The notes: generated from the sequence alone by a model not told the origin. Shown: positions 26,180-37,845, counted from the first letter of the whole stretch. The stretch: DNA of 63,515 bases, filler included, from Octopus bimaculoides (GCF_001194135.2; 6 parts of 6 records of this genome joined end to end with filler, not necessarily neighbours in it), one strand, 5' to 3'. Numbers and translations: made by a program.

Positions 26180-28430
26180 CATCATCATCATCATCATCAT
26201 TATTTAATGTCTGTTGTCCATACTGGTATGGGTTGGACTGTTAGACAAGGGCTGGTAGGCTGAGGGGCTACACCAGATCACAGTTTGATTTGGCATGGTT
26301 TCTACGGTTGGATGACATTCCTAACACCAAGCACTCCGAGAGTGTAATGAGTGCTTTCACATGCCACTGGCACAGACGCCATTTGCATGAGACCAGTATC
26401 TTCCGTGAGTATAATTTCACTTGGCTTGATCAGTCATCTTCTCAATCTTGGTATATTACCAAAGGTCTTGATCGTTTGTCATTGCCTCCATGAGGCCCAA
26501 CACACAAAAGGTGCTTTTTACCTTCTGCCAGTATTGGCCACATTACCTTTGTGAGGCCCAATGCTCAAAAGGTGCTTTTTATGTGCCAATGGCAAGGGTG
26601 CCAATTACATGACACCAGCATCAACCACAGCTACGATCTCGCTTGACTTGATGGGTTTTCTAAAGCACAGTATATTGCCAAAGGTCTCAGTTATTAGTCA
26701 TTGCCTCCGTGAGACCCAAAGTTCGAAGATCATGCTTCACCACCTCATCCCATGTCTTCCTGGGTCTACCTCTACCACAGATTCTCTCCACAGTTAGAGA
26801 TTGGTGCTTCTTTACACAGCTATCTACATCCATAGGCATCATATGACGATACCAGCACAGTTAATTCTCTTGCACACCACATCTGATGTCTCTTATGCCC
26901 AACTTTTCTCTCAAGCTGTTTAAACACTGTTGTACATGCACACTGATATTGCACATCCAGTGAAGCATGCTAGCTTTATTTCTTTCAAGCCTATGCATGT
27001 CCTTGGCTATTATAGCCCATGTTTCACTGCCGTGTAGCATAGCTGTTTACACAGACTTCATACAGTCTCTCTGAGGGAGTGGCCCTTTGTTGCCAGCAGA
27101 AGTAAGAGCTCTCTGAACTTTGCCCAGCCTATTTATTCTCACAGCTACGCTTTCAGAGCATCCACCCCCACCACTAACTTGGTCACCAAGATAATGGAAG
27201 CTATCTACTACCTCTAGCTTACCTCACTGGCAGTCGATGGAGTCTATTTTCTGTACATTTTTAGTGTTAATTATACCTATGCACCTTCCACACACAAAAA
27301 CTATTTTCCCAGTTAACCTTCCTCTGATATTGCTGTGCCTCTTATGTGTCCATAGCTTGCACCGGATACATCTTATGGAGTTTATCCCAACACTTTACCT
27401 ACAGATCCAGCAGGGCCATCTGCCTAACAGAATTTGTGATTTGTCCGCCCTCCTAATTACTAAGATTTTGGTTTTTGCTATGTTAACTCTAAGGCCCTTC
27501 GATTCTAGACCTTGCTTCCATACCTGAAACTTTTTCTCTAGTTCTGGCAGTGATTCAGCTATAAGAACAAGGTCATCTTTTCCAGATTGGTCTGCTTCCT
27601 GGTATCTTTCTAGCCTGAAGTCTAAAGTCACTAATGACTATTCTATGCTGGAAGGTACTTTCTTCACCCAGGAAGGTCTTTGTATTTTTGAGCAACCATG
27701 CATCCCACTGTCTGACGAGAATGTAATCGATCTGGCTAGTATAGCCACCTGATTGGTAGGTTGTCAGGTGGCTAGCTGGCTTCTTGATGTTGTGTTGCAA
27801 TTCAATAGGTTATTTGCATCACAGAACTCCAGTAGCCTTGTCCCCTCTTCATTTCAGGAATCAATTCCATGTACACCATGGAAGATATCAGGTGCCTGAC
27901 ATACCCATTGATATCCCTAGCTTGCAGAAGAATATCATAAAAGCAGTCCTTTTGTTCATTTGGTAGACCCACTTGGCGGGGTGTAGGCAGAGATAATTGT
28001 TGCTTTGCTATTCTGCAAAACTAGCCTGAGCTTAAGCACCCTATTGCACACTCTGACTACCTCTATGACCTTATGCACCCATTTCTCTGCAAGAAGTATG
28101 CCCACACCACCTACCTGATCGCTCTTACCTTCCCAGAAGATTTTATACTTACATATCTTGCTTGTGAGGAACCTGGCTGAAGCTCCTCTCCACCTTACTT
28201 TTCGAATGCAACATACATCAACACACCTTCATTCAAGCATCTGTATATTTGTGACAGACTATGCCTTTCTTTTGCTGGGCTTAAATCTCATTTGTGGACC
28301 CATGAAAGACGAACCTCCATTAACTACTCTGCCTATCTATCTGTGCATACCTGTCAACGCTTTGTATGCCATAAGGTCTGAAAATGTAACAGAGGCCTCA
28401 AAAGATATTTTAAGATCCACAAAGATCAGA
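26180..28430 (-). mobile_element. Rearranged RTE LINE (endonuclease, internal deletion, RT C-terminus, 3' tail) in Pcdh A intron
   Basis: Minus strand: KPASHLTTYQSGGYTSQIDYILVRQ (APE), DDLVLIAESLPELEKKFQVWKQGLESKGLRVNIAKTK (RT), GRGRPRKTWDEVV, then family tail. Confidence 0.88.
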
Positions 28431-28904
28431 ACTTAACTGCAGCTCTTGGTGGTCCAAAACAGATATGAAATTTAAGTGATTGTCTTTTCAAAACATTGTC
28501 TTGTTTAAAAAGTCACATCAGATGCCATGATAGATCTAAGGTGTAAGTACAAGAGGTGATCAATCTGTGTATAAGGAGCAGACTGTACCCTAAGTATCGA
28601 ATTTCTTTTTGCTGTGTTAGTATGAATCAGTTATAATTAACAGAAGCAGATTTTCTAAAGCCAGCTGCTCTAACTGTCAACAAATATCTATATTCACTGT
28701 TTCCAAGAAGTAATATTTCTCCTAGTCTTTTGAACATGAACACCACCACTTCTATGACAGTAACATTTGTTTACAACTATCATGTGATACCAATACAAAT
28801 GAGACACAAACATGTTCACACATGCACACATGTATTCTTATATAGATACATATATATATATCATCATATATATATCATACATATATATATATCATCATCA
28901 TCAT

Positions 28905-30250
28905 ACATCATCATACATCTGTTTTTTCATGTTGGAATGGGTTGGATAGTTTGACAGGAGCTGGCAACCTAGAGGGCTGCACCAGGCCCCAGTTGTCTGT
29001 TTTGGCATGATTTCTGTCTTGATGCCCTTCCTAATGCCAACCACTTTACAGAGGGTATTGAGTGCATTCACATGACGCTGGCATGAGTGCTTTTTACATA
29101 GTGCCAGTACCCATGGGGTCACCAAGTGGTTTGAAAGACAAAGACGTCTCTGCTAAGAGAGGGAGAGGAACTGAAAGAAGTGATGTATGCCAGATGAGAG
29201 ACTGAAGTATGATAGAGGGTCAGGGATAGCTGTCTTCCTGCAGAGGAGATATTTGTCTACCCCAGTAGAACTAGAAAGTAGAGGGAGGTGAGAGAGAGAG
29301 AGCCTCCACACAGGAAACATAAGTAGTGTACAGGGGGGAAAAAAAGGCACAGAAGGGATAGAGGAGATATTTAGAAATAGCATGTGATGTTGAGAAGAAA
29401 CTGGAGGGGCCTGCAGTGAGGATTGTGGGGAGATGGTTGTTGATGCGTTTTGCCAGAGGACAGAGTTGTGTGTATATGGATTTACTAAGCTTGATGTGTC
29501 TTCTCAAGCACAGCAAATTGCTAAACATGTCACTCCCTTATCATCTTCTCATTGAGGTTCAGTATCTGAAGATCCTTTCTCACCATTTCATCTCATGTCT
29601 CCTTGGGTTAACCCCTTCCATAGGTTCCCTCCACAATTACAGATCAGCACTTCTTTATGCAACTGTCCTCATCCATATGCATCACATGACCATACCAGCA
29701 CAGTCCTCCATCTTGCACACTACATCAGATCAAATTTTTCTCTTAAATCATTAACACTCTGTTGTACATGCGCACTGACATCACCCATCTTGTGGAGCAT
29801 GCTGGCTTCATTTCTTTGAAGCCTTTGCATATTCTCTGTCATCACAGTCCATGTTTCACTGCCATGCAGCATAGCTGTTCTTACACAGGTGTCATTGTTT
29901 ACCTTTCACTCTGAGAGAAAGGCCGTTTGTTGCTAACAAAGGTAGCAGCTCCCTGAATTTTGCCCAGCCCATTGTCATTCTAGTAACTTCACTTTCAAAG
30001 CTTCCTCCTCTTCTGATAATTTGGTCACCTAGGTAACAGAGACTATCTACTGTTTCTAAGGATATCTCCCAGACATTTGAGAGAATTTATTTTCTATATA
30101 TTCCTAATGTTTATTGTACCTGCACATCTGCCATACACAATGACTTCTTTCTCTGTTAACTTTCCTTTGATACAGCTGCACTTCTTATGTGTTCATAGCT
30201 TAGACTTGGCACATTGTATGGAGTTTCTACCTGCACCTTTTCTATGTATT
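28905..30250 (-). mobile_element. RTE LINE 3' portion
   Basis: 29570-30250 parallels 26800-27400 (RT C-terminal region); tail motif GATGCCCTTCCTAATGCCAACCAC at ~29020. Confidence 0.75.
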
Positions 30251-30344
30251 GAGTAGGGGCCATCTCCCTGAAGGGACCAGTGATTTATCTGTATTCCTAT
30301 TTACTAAATGTGTGTGTATCAGGCTTCTTACAGTGTCTCTTCTC

Positions 30345-30440
30345 CAAATCCACTCACTGGGCTTTCTTTGGCCTAGGGACATAGCAGAAGACATGTGCCC
30401 AAGGTGCTGGCTGTGGAATCAGTCCCACAACCATGTGGCT
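30345..30440 (-). mobile_element. tRNA-derived SINE fragment (second family)
   Basis: GAAGACATGTGCCCAAGGTGCT...CCATGTGGCTG. Confidence 0.6.
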
Positions 30441-30625
30441 GAAAAGCAAACTTCTTAAGTATATAAAGTGTCAGGGTGTAAGAATTAGATTTTGTTTATA
30501 TTCTAGATTCTTGGAAATCTAAGAACTGAATATTCAGTCATATCTCTGTCATGTTCATGCAAATTTTACAAAGAAATTATTTTTTTCAATTACTTTGTGA
30601 AATATTTTTTTTGTAGCTAAATAGG

Positions 30626-30729
30626 AGAGACGAAAATAGTGGAGACGAAAATAGTGGAGACGAAAATAGTAGAGACGAAAATAGTGGAGACGAAAATAGT
30701 AGAGACGAAAATAGTAGAGACGAAAATAG
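30626..30729. repeat. 15-bp minisatellite (RGAGACGAAAATAGT) x7
   Basis: Direct count of seven near-perfect units. Confidence 0.95.
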
Positions 30730-30985
30730 ATGTATATTTAGTAAAGTTGGGTCCTTTCCTTCATTGCTACTCTGAATACCAATGACAGGTTCAGCTTCAA
30801 ATTAATATAAACTGTACCCTAAATATTGAGGTCTTTTTTGACCCATTTGTCCATCATTTTATTAGAAATACCTTTGCTCTACATTGTGGAGTGCATTTCT
30901 TTTTAATATTGCTTACTTAATAAGTAACAAAATGGTCATCAACATCATAATTTTGTAAAACATGTATTTTGTTTCTAAATTTCAG

Positions 30986-31062
30986 ATCAAAATATTTATA
31001 AAAACAATGATACAGCTACATCAAAAGATTCTAGTGAAGAAACACCAGTGAAACACGTATAA
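30986..31062 (+). CDS. PCDH: Protocadherin A, terminal coding exon
   Basis: tttcag|AT CAA AAT...CAC GTA TAA; phase 1 fits the preceding exon; DQNIYKNNDTATSKDSSEETPVKHV* parallels GNDTYKN...YPKHV* of gene B. Confidence 0.8.
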
Positions 31063-31823
31063 TTAAACTGCTACTGAAGTGACATAACTATTTTTCTCAA
31101 TATAAATATACAATATCACTATACAATACACAAACAACATTAACATACACTTTGTTTATTAATTCCGCTATATCCGTATATTCTGCAGAAACATGTCTAT
31201 AAATGAGCCACAATGTTAATTTAATTACTAAAGATTACATTGTATTGATCAATAAATTATTATTAAATATATTCAATTTGGAACATTTCAAATATATTGT
31301 ATATGTTCACCATTAACATTCCAATTACTTGAAAAATTTACTCCATATTGTATAGATAATGCCAGGAATAGAGATCTGAAAATAATTTCTCATGACTAAA
31401 AAAAAAACATTTTAGTGAAAATTACAGCAGTATTTTCTGAGATTTAAGAAGAAATGTATTTAAAATCTTATCTAGCTATCAATATTACCAATATTAAGGG
31501 ATGAATGTCACACCTTCTCCCAACAAATCAATAGTAAAGGAGCAACATCATTGGTCTTCTGTTTAGGTCATTCAACCAATCAGATTCTCTCTAAAACATG
31601 GAAAGAAACCACTAAGAAAGCTAAGCATTCACATTACTGGTGTTACTAAACTAAACAGTTATGTTTAAATGTAGAATATTCTAGCTATATAAATACATAT
31701 CTATATATATATATAATGTCGTTAGTAACATTAGACAAACTTCATCTTTAAGGACAAATACATACAAACATAGTAGTGCAGTAACAACACATGCAACCCT
31801 ATCCTAGCAGCAGGCTATCTGCC

Positions 31824-31953
31824 TGACGTGCTACACTACTCCATCACCATACAGCCATTGTCACACCATTGCAGCAGCAATTACAATGGATCTTTCTACA
31901 ACAATACATCTTTCTATTCTCACTGAATAACCAATGATATAATTATTGAAGAG
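31824..31953 (+). promoter_or_regulatory. Putative promoter/non-coding leader exon of Pcdh B
   Basis: TGACGTG-N7-ACTCCATCA..TACAGCCATTGTCACAC...ACAATGGA block repeated once per Pcdh unit, ending at donor GAG|GTAGGT; gene B has an acceptor (tttttag|34209) 53 nt before its ATG. Confidence 0.6.
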
Positions 31954-34261
31954 GTAGGTTTCTATTTAATCTTTCACTATCTCATTTTAATTTTAAGACC
32001 TCACTGAATCTGTAAATGATTGAATAATTATTCACATATTTTTCAGTCATATTGTCTGTATTGATAGTTCTTTTTGTTTTTGTTTTTTGTCCTCCTCTCC
32101 CTTCACAATTAGATGATGTTGCATGAAACATTTAATATTTAGAGTTAAAATTGTTTCAGGAAAACAATTTGAAAATAAAGGAGTGAAAATAGTAGTAAAA
32201 TAAAACAAAACAGTAAATTTTTTCTTTATATTTTTAATTTGAGGTAGAAAGTAAGAGTGTAAATCATTGTTTTGTTTTACTAGGCTTCTCTGTCTACTCT
32301 TATTTCTGATTTTCATTCCATTGGTTTTACAAACAATCTTTATCTCACAGTGCTTTCATTTAAGCTATTCTCCTACTCAGCTGACGTTGCTCTGGTTAAT
32401 TCAGCTGAAAATGAGTTCCAGCAGAAGCTGTGGGTTAGTCTTGCATGAGATTAGCATCTGGTCAGGAATCATGTACTCTCAGTTACTTAAACACTGTGAT
32501 AATCTCCAACCTAATTACTCTGTAGACCTGGGAGAGGGAGAGAGATTTAATTTAACTTTAATTCTAATATTTATACTTTTTTCAATTGAATCCAAACTGT
32601 CTGTTTCTATAATATTTGTTACACAAATGTAGACTACTGTTACTTATCCATTATAAGTGTTGCTTTTGGTGTATGGAAAATGTAATATTTTGTCTGTATC
32701 ATTAGATTGCATTTGAAAGATATGTTATGGATAAAATATGAAGAAATATACCAGATTGTGTTTAAGTGTAATAATAGTGTGTTGGTTGTTGGTAATGATG
32801 AGGCACTGGTGTGTTAGAGTTCTGGGTTGAAGATAATGGTGGACAGTTTAATATTCACCACTGTCAGGAAGTGAATAGTAATGAGTGTCTTCAACAGATT
32901 TAATATAAACTGAAGAATCTGTCCTGTTGGATTAAATTTGTAATATATCTTTTTGTTATTGTTCAGGATAGATTATAAATGAATTAATCTGGAGAGAATT
33001 TGAACAGTAATTTCTATAATTATTTGAACAGTTTGATGTCGTTTTATTCATGATGGAATTGCATTCATCATATTAACTGGGAAAGAATGAATACATCATT
33101 GCAATGTTACAATCATATGTATGAACTTTTAAAATGTATAGGCATATGTTTAACATGCACTTCAGCCTTTTCATGAAAAAAGGTTAGCATGTCTTTAGAA
33201 ATTACCCAAATACTTGGTTAATGTCACAGAAATTTCTTATTACTTCTTTTTGACAATCTAAAATCAAGTTATTGTGAAAGCAAAAGATCTAAAATCAGTG
33301 TTATTGGAAACAATTTCAAAATCCTTTAACAGATTTTAAACATCCATTTTTTTTTATTCCCAGAATCATTTACATCTTGCAGATCAATTAAAGATGAGCA
33401 GCAATGAAGTTTTGACATCAAAGGGATGGATGTTTGATGTCATAATTTGTTAGCTCCATTATATCTTGCTTAAGATATTTTGTCAAGTTTAGTAAAAATA
33501 TGGCTGGTTACAATTAGTTTGTACAAATATTATATTTTTATTTTTGTCACTGCCATAATGGCTTCAAAAAAAATGGGTGACTAATAAAAGTGAAAGGTAC
33601 TATATGTTATTTCTTTTCAAAATTAACCATTAAATTAACAAACTTGATTTCGTTTGGTTAAGTTTTCTTGCTAAGTGTGGGTGGGACACACAGCACTTCT
33701 AGAACTCAGTTTCGCTGTGAGTGAGTCTTCTCAAGAACTCCATATCGCCAGACATCTCAGTCCATGGTCATTTCCTCCGTGAGGCCCAACTTCCTGAGAT
33801 CAGTCCTTACCACTTCATCCCATGTCTTCCTGGGTCTCCCTCTTCCATTAAAAAGAAATCACACATGAGATAATGTGATCATGGTTATAATCATAGCTCC
33901 ATCTAGGTTGACAGCAACATGCAATTATAGACTAAAATCAGGTCCTAATTTTTGCATAAAATTCAGATGTAAAAGATTATAATTAACTGTAGTGTGGAAA
34001 TCATTATTTTTTTTTTTAGTTGGAAACTGATTACAGCTTTGGTTTTTACTACATTGGTACTTATAAAAGATATACTGTAAAATACCAAGGGTGATTTATT
34101 TGATTCAGAGAGTAAAAAAGGATTTAGAGCTAAAAAAGAAATCTTTGTATATTGATACCAATTATATTTTTATTAACTAATTTTATAAATTATTATATCT
34201 GTTTTTAGGTTCAATGCACCACATAGCTACACACACTTAACCAAGACCAACTTAAAACAAT

Positions 34262-36610
34262 ATGTTCCTGTCATTGTCTATTATATTATCAATGGTCCAC
34301 TGCATCCTGACCATAGACCTTACCTACCATGTGGAAGAAGAGAGAAGTCCAGGAACATATGTAGCAGACATTGCTGCTGATTCTAAACTTTTAGACAATG
34401 TTAAACCATCTGACCAACAATTGATAACATTCAGTCAATTCAAACGAAAGGTGGCACAGTTATTTAATATCACCAAAACAGGTAAACTGTACACTGCTCA
34501 GACACTGGATGCAGAAGATCTCTGTACATTCAACAAAGAATGTTCTAGAACTATGAAAGTTGTTGTCAATAAAGGAACAAGTGTTTCGAAAATATTAAAA
34601 ATCAAAATAGTAATAGAAGACATCAATGACCATCACCCTGAGTTTCCCAAAAAACAAATTTCATTAAAGTTCTCAGAAACAGATGGAAAAGGCACAAAAC
34701 GATCACTACCAAATGCCATGGACAAAGATGTAGGATTTGAAAACTCATTAATACAATATAAATTAAAATCAAAGAATGGAGAACCATTCTCTCTGTCAGT
34801 GTCTAAAAGAGCTGATGGTATTTCTTCTCTTAAAATAGTTTTGAAAGAATCATTGGACAGAGAAATCAAAGACACATATTTATTACAAGTCATAGCTAAG
34901 GATGGAGGTTCACCAGCAAAACAAGGTGTTTTAAATATAAATATTTCTATAGCAGATGACAATGACAACCCACCTGTATTTTCTAAACCTCTCTATAATA
35001 TATCCATACAAAGTACACATCACAAATCTAAACCCATCATTGTTTTGTCTGTAACAGATGCTGATGCTGGTGAAAATGGTAAAATTACTTTCCATTTCAG
35101 TCCCAAGACATCAGATCTAGCTAAAAGCTATTTTCTATTGAATGAAACCAGTGGAAGCATTTTATTAAGGGAATATTCAAATTTAGGGAAAAAGAAAACT
35201 TATGAATTGTTTATAGAGGCCAGAGATGGGGGCAACCCTCCCCTCAGTTCCATAGCAACAGTCCTCGTAAATGTTATCAACCAACACAACAATCCTCCAT
35301 CTATTGATATTGATTATGTTTCTGCAATCAATGACAACACAGCTACCATTTCTGAAGACATCAAAGTTGGTAGTTTCATTGCTTATGTGATGGTCACCGA
35401 CAACGATGTGGGACAAAATGGAGAGGTCAGCTGTGATATCAAACATGATACATTCAAACTACAGTCAATGGGATCTAAAGAATATAAAATCGTTCTAAAC
35501 AAACCAGTGGNNNNNNNNNNNNNNNNNNNNNNNNNNNNNNNNNNNNNNNNNNNNNNNNNNNNNNNNNNNNNNNNNNNNNNNNNNNNNNNNNNNNNNNNNN
35601 NNNNNNNNNNNNNNNNNNNNNNNNNNNNNNNNNNNNNNNNNNNNNNNNNNNNNNNNNNNNNNNNNNNNNNNNNNNNNNNNNNNNNNNNNNNNNNNNNNNN
35701 NNNNNNNNNNNNNNNNNNNNNNNNNNNNNNNNNNNNNNNNNNNNNNNNNNNNNNNNNNNNNNNNNNNNNNNNNNNNNNNNNNNNNNNNNNNNNNNNNNNN
35801 NNNNNNNNNNNNNNNNNNNNNNNNNNNNNNNNNNNNNNNNNNNNNNNNNNNNNNNNNNNNNNNNNNNNNNNNNNNNNNNNNNNNNNNNNNNNNNNNNNNN
35901 NNNNNNNNNNNNNNNNNNNNNNNNNNNNNNNNNNNNNNNNNNNNNNNNNNNNNNNNNNNNNNNNNNNNNNNNNNNNNNNNNNNNNNNNNNNNNNNNNNNN
36001 NNNNNNNNNNNNNNNNNNNNNNNNNNNNNNNNNNNNNNNNNNNNNNNNNNNNNNNNNNNNNNNNNNNNNNNNNNNNNNNNNNNNNNNNNNNNNNNNNNNN
36101 NNNNNNNNNNNNNNNNNNNNNNNNNNNNNNNNNNNNNNNNNNNNNNNNNNNNNNNNNNNNNNNNNNNNNNNNNNNNNNNNNNNNNNNNCAACAACTAGTG
36201 TCACTTTGGTATTGGCTGTTAGTAACGAGACATCACCAATGTCGAAGAGTGGACCTTTACAATCTTCGGGTAGGGTCCATATGACATGGGTTATTATCAT
36301 TGTATCCTCAGCAGTAATAATATCAGTGGCTATTGTTGTTTCTATAACACTGTGTATTATGAAATGCATTAAACACAGAGATAACACAGCAGCTGCTGCA
36401 ACAAAGACTACAGCATACCAAGGTAGAGCAGAGATGAAACAATTGTTGTACCAGACTAACACTTCTGTTGCTATGTCAAGGAATCCGGAAGAGATGGTGA
36501 AAAGGAATATCTATTCTGAGAGATCCAAGAGTGAATGTTATGCAGAAGGTCAGCTACGGAACAAATATGAATCTTCAGTTCAAAGCAGAACCCTTCCTAA
36601 ACCATCTTCA
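34262..36610 (+). CDS. PCDH: Protocadherin B, large exon (signal peptide, EC1-EC6, TM, proximal tail); 35511-36188 is an N-gap
   Basis: Cadherin motifs EDINDHHPEF, LDRE, AKDGG, DDNDNPPVF, DNDVGQNG; TM WVIIIVSSAVIISVAIVVSITLCIM; donor TCA|GTAAGA at 36611. The 678-N gap fits the missing EC4 end, EC5 and most of EC6. Confidence 0.95.
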
Positions 36611-36802
36611 GTAAGATTTCAATTTTTAATAATCATTAAATTTATTTAAACATTATTCCTTTTAAATCCCTTTTTGCCCTCATGCATTTCATATTCATTA
36701 ATTTAATGCTATGTAAGGATAATTGTTCTGTTAACCAAAAATTTAATTTTTCTTTAATTTTGATTGTGTTAAAACTAATTTTTTTCTTCTTTTTGTAAAC
36801 AG

Positions 36803-36947
36803 AAATACAGTGAACCAGTTGTGGTAACATCAAATGATGATGCTGTGGAAGATACCACATCTGTTGTGTCGAACTATCCAACTAACACCTTGTCGAGTCA
36901 GAGTAGCAGTCGTACTAAGCATTATGAAGAGATACCGGTAACCTCAG
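36803..36947 (+). CDS. PCDH: Protocadherin B, penultimate exon
   Basis: taaacag|AAATAC...CCTCAG|gtagga; 145 nt, phase 0 to 1; KYSEPVVVTSNDDAVED...KHYEEIPVTS. Confidence 0.85.
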
Positions 36948-37069
36948 GTAGGAAAGAAATCCCCAGTTTTGAAATTGAATTGAATTTAAGCAATTAAGCA
37001 AAATAAGCATGTATTAATGTATAGCTGTTCATAATTCATCATAAAAATGATGTATTCTAAATGAAAACA

Positions 37070-37470
37070 CAAAAAGCATCTTATTCAACTTCTGATGGAT
37101 TACCTTTTTGAGCTCCATGTGTCTAACACATGTGGGCATGCCTACAAAGTCAGAAAACAGCACAGCTCCCATGACTTTTGGAAACTTTTTTACACTCAGA
37201 ATTGCTGAAGCATGGAACAAACTACCTGCATCAGTTGTTAGTTGCCAAGACACTCCATCCTTTAAAACCTCCATGTTTCCTGAAATTCGCCAACACTACA
37301 CCTGACATCCCCACCTCCATACGCATGCACACATGTATATCACGAGTCATACACTGTTCACTTACTTTGACATTTGTACATAATTCTATGAACTGTGCAT
37401 ACACCTTTGATGAGTTGTAGTGCACCTGAGCATTATACACAATAATTTCATTTTTATCGTTATTATTATG
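37070..37470 (+). mobile_element. CR1 LINE 3' end in Pcdh B intron
   Basis: GHAYKVRKQHSSHDF / FFTLRIAEAWNKLPASVV (CR1 C-terminal motif), followed by 3' UTR and (TTA)n. Confidence 0.85.
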
Positions 37471-37544
37471 AACCTTCTCTTCTAACCTAATCACGTAACA
37501 TTTTGCTTGAAATATAATGTTTAATTATTATTGTAAACTATATA

Positions 37545-37690
37545 GGCATGGCTATTTAGTTAAGAAATTTGTTTTGTTAACACATGTTTCTAGGTTCAAT
37601 CCCACTACTTGACACCTTGGGAAAATGTCTTCTACCTAAGACTCGAGTTGACCAATATCTTGTCAGTGGAATTTGGTGGACAGAAACATG
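37545..37690 (+). mobile_element. tRNA-derived SINE (second family)
   Basis: GGTTCAATCCCACT..GACACCTTGGGAAAATGTCTTCTAC. Confidence 0.65.
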
Positions 37691-37765
37691 TAAAAATATT
37701 CAAACTTCATTTTGCAATGAATTTTTATGTTTTTTATTTGTTTTCTTTTTTTTTTTTTTTTTCAG

Positions 37766-37845
37766 GAAATGATACATATAAAAACAGTATAACATCAACA
37801 CTAAACAGAAATCAGAATCAAGAGACCTACCCTAAACACGTGTGA
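37766..37845 (+). CDS. PCDH: Protocadherin B, terminal coding exon
   Basis: (T)n cag|GA AAT GAT...CAC GTG TGA; phase 1; GNDTYKNSITSTLNRNQNQETYPKHV*. Confidence 0.82.

Noticed and set aside
30626-30729. CRISPR-like array
   Set aside because: Contiguous 15-bp units with no spacers, eukaryotic context, no cas genes
34633-36462. Antisense ORFs over Pcdh B
   Set aside because: Shadow frames of the cadherin coding strand, extended by the N-gap
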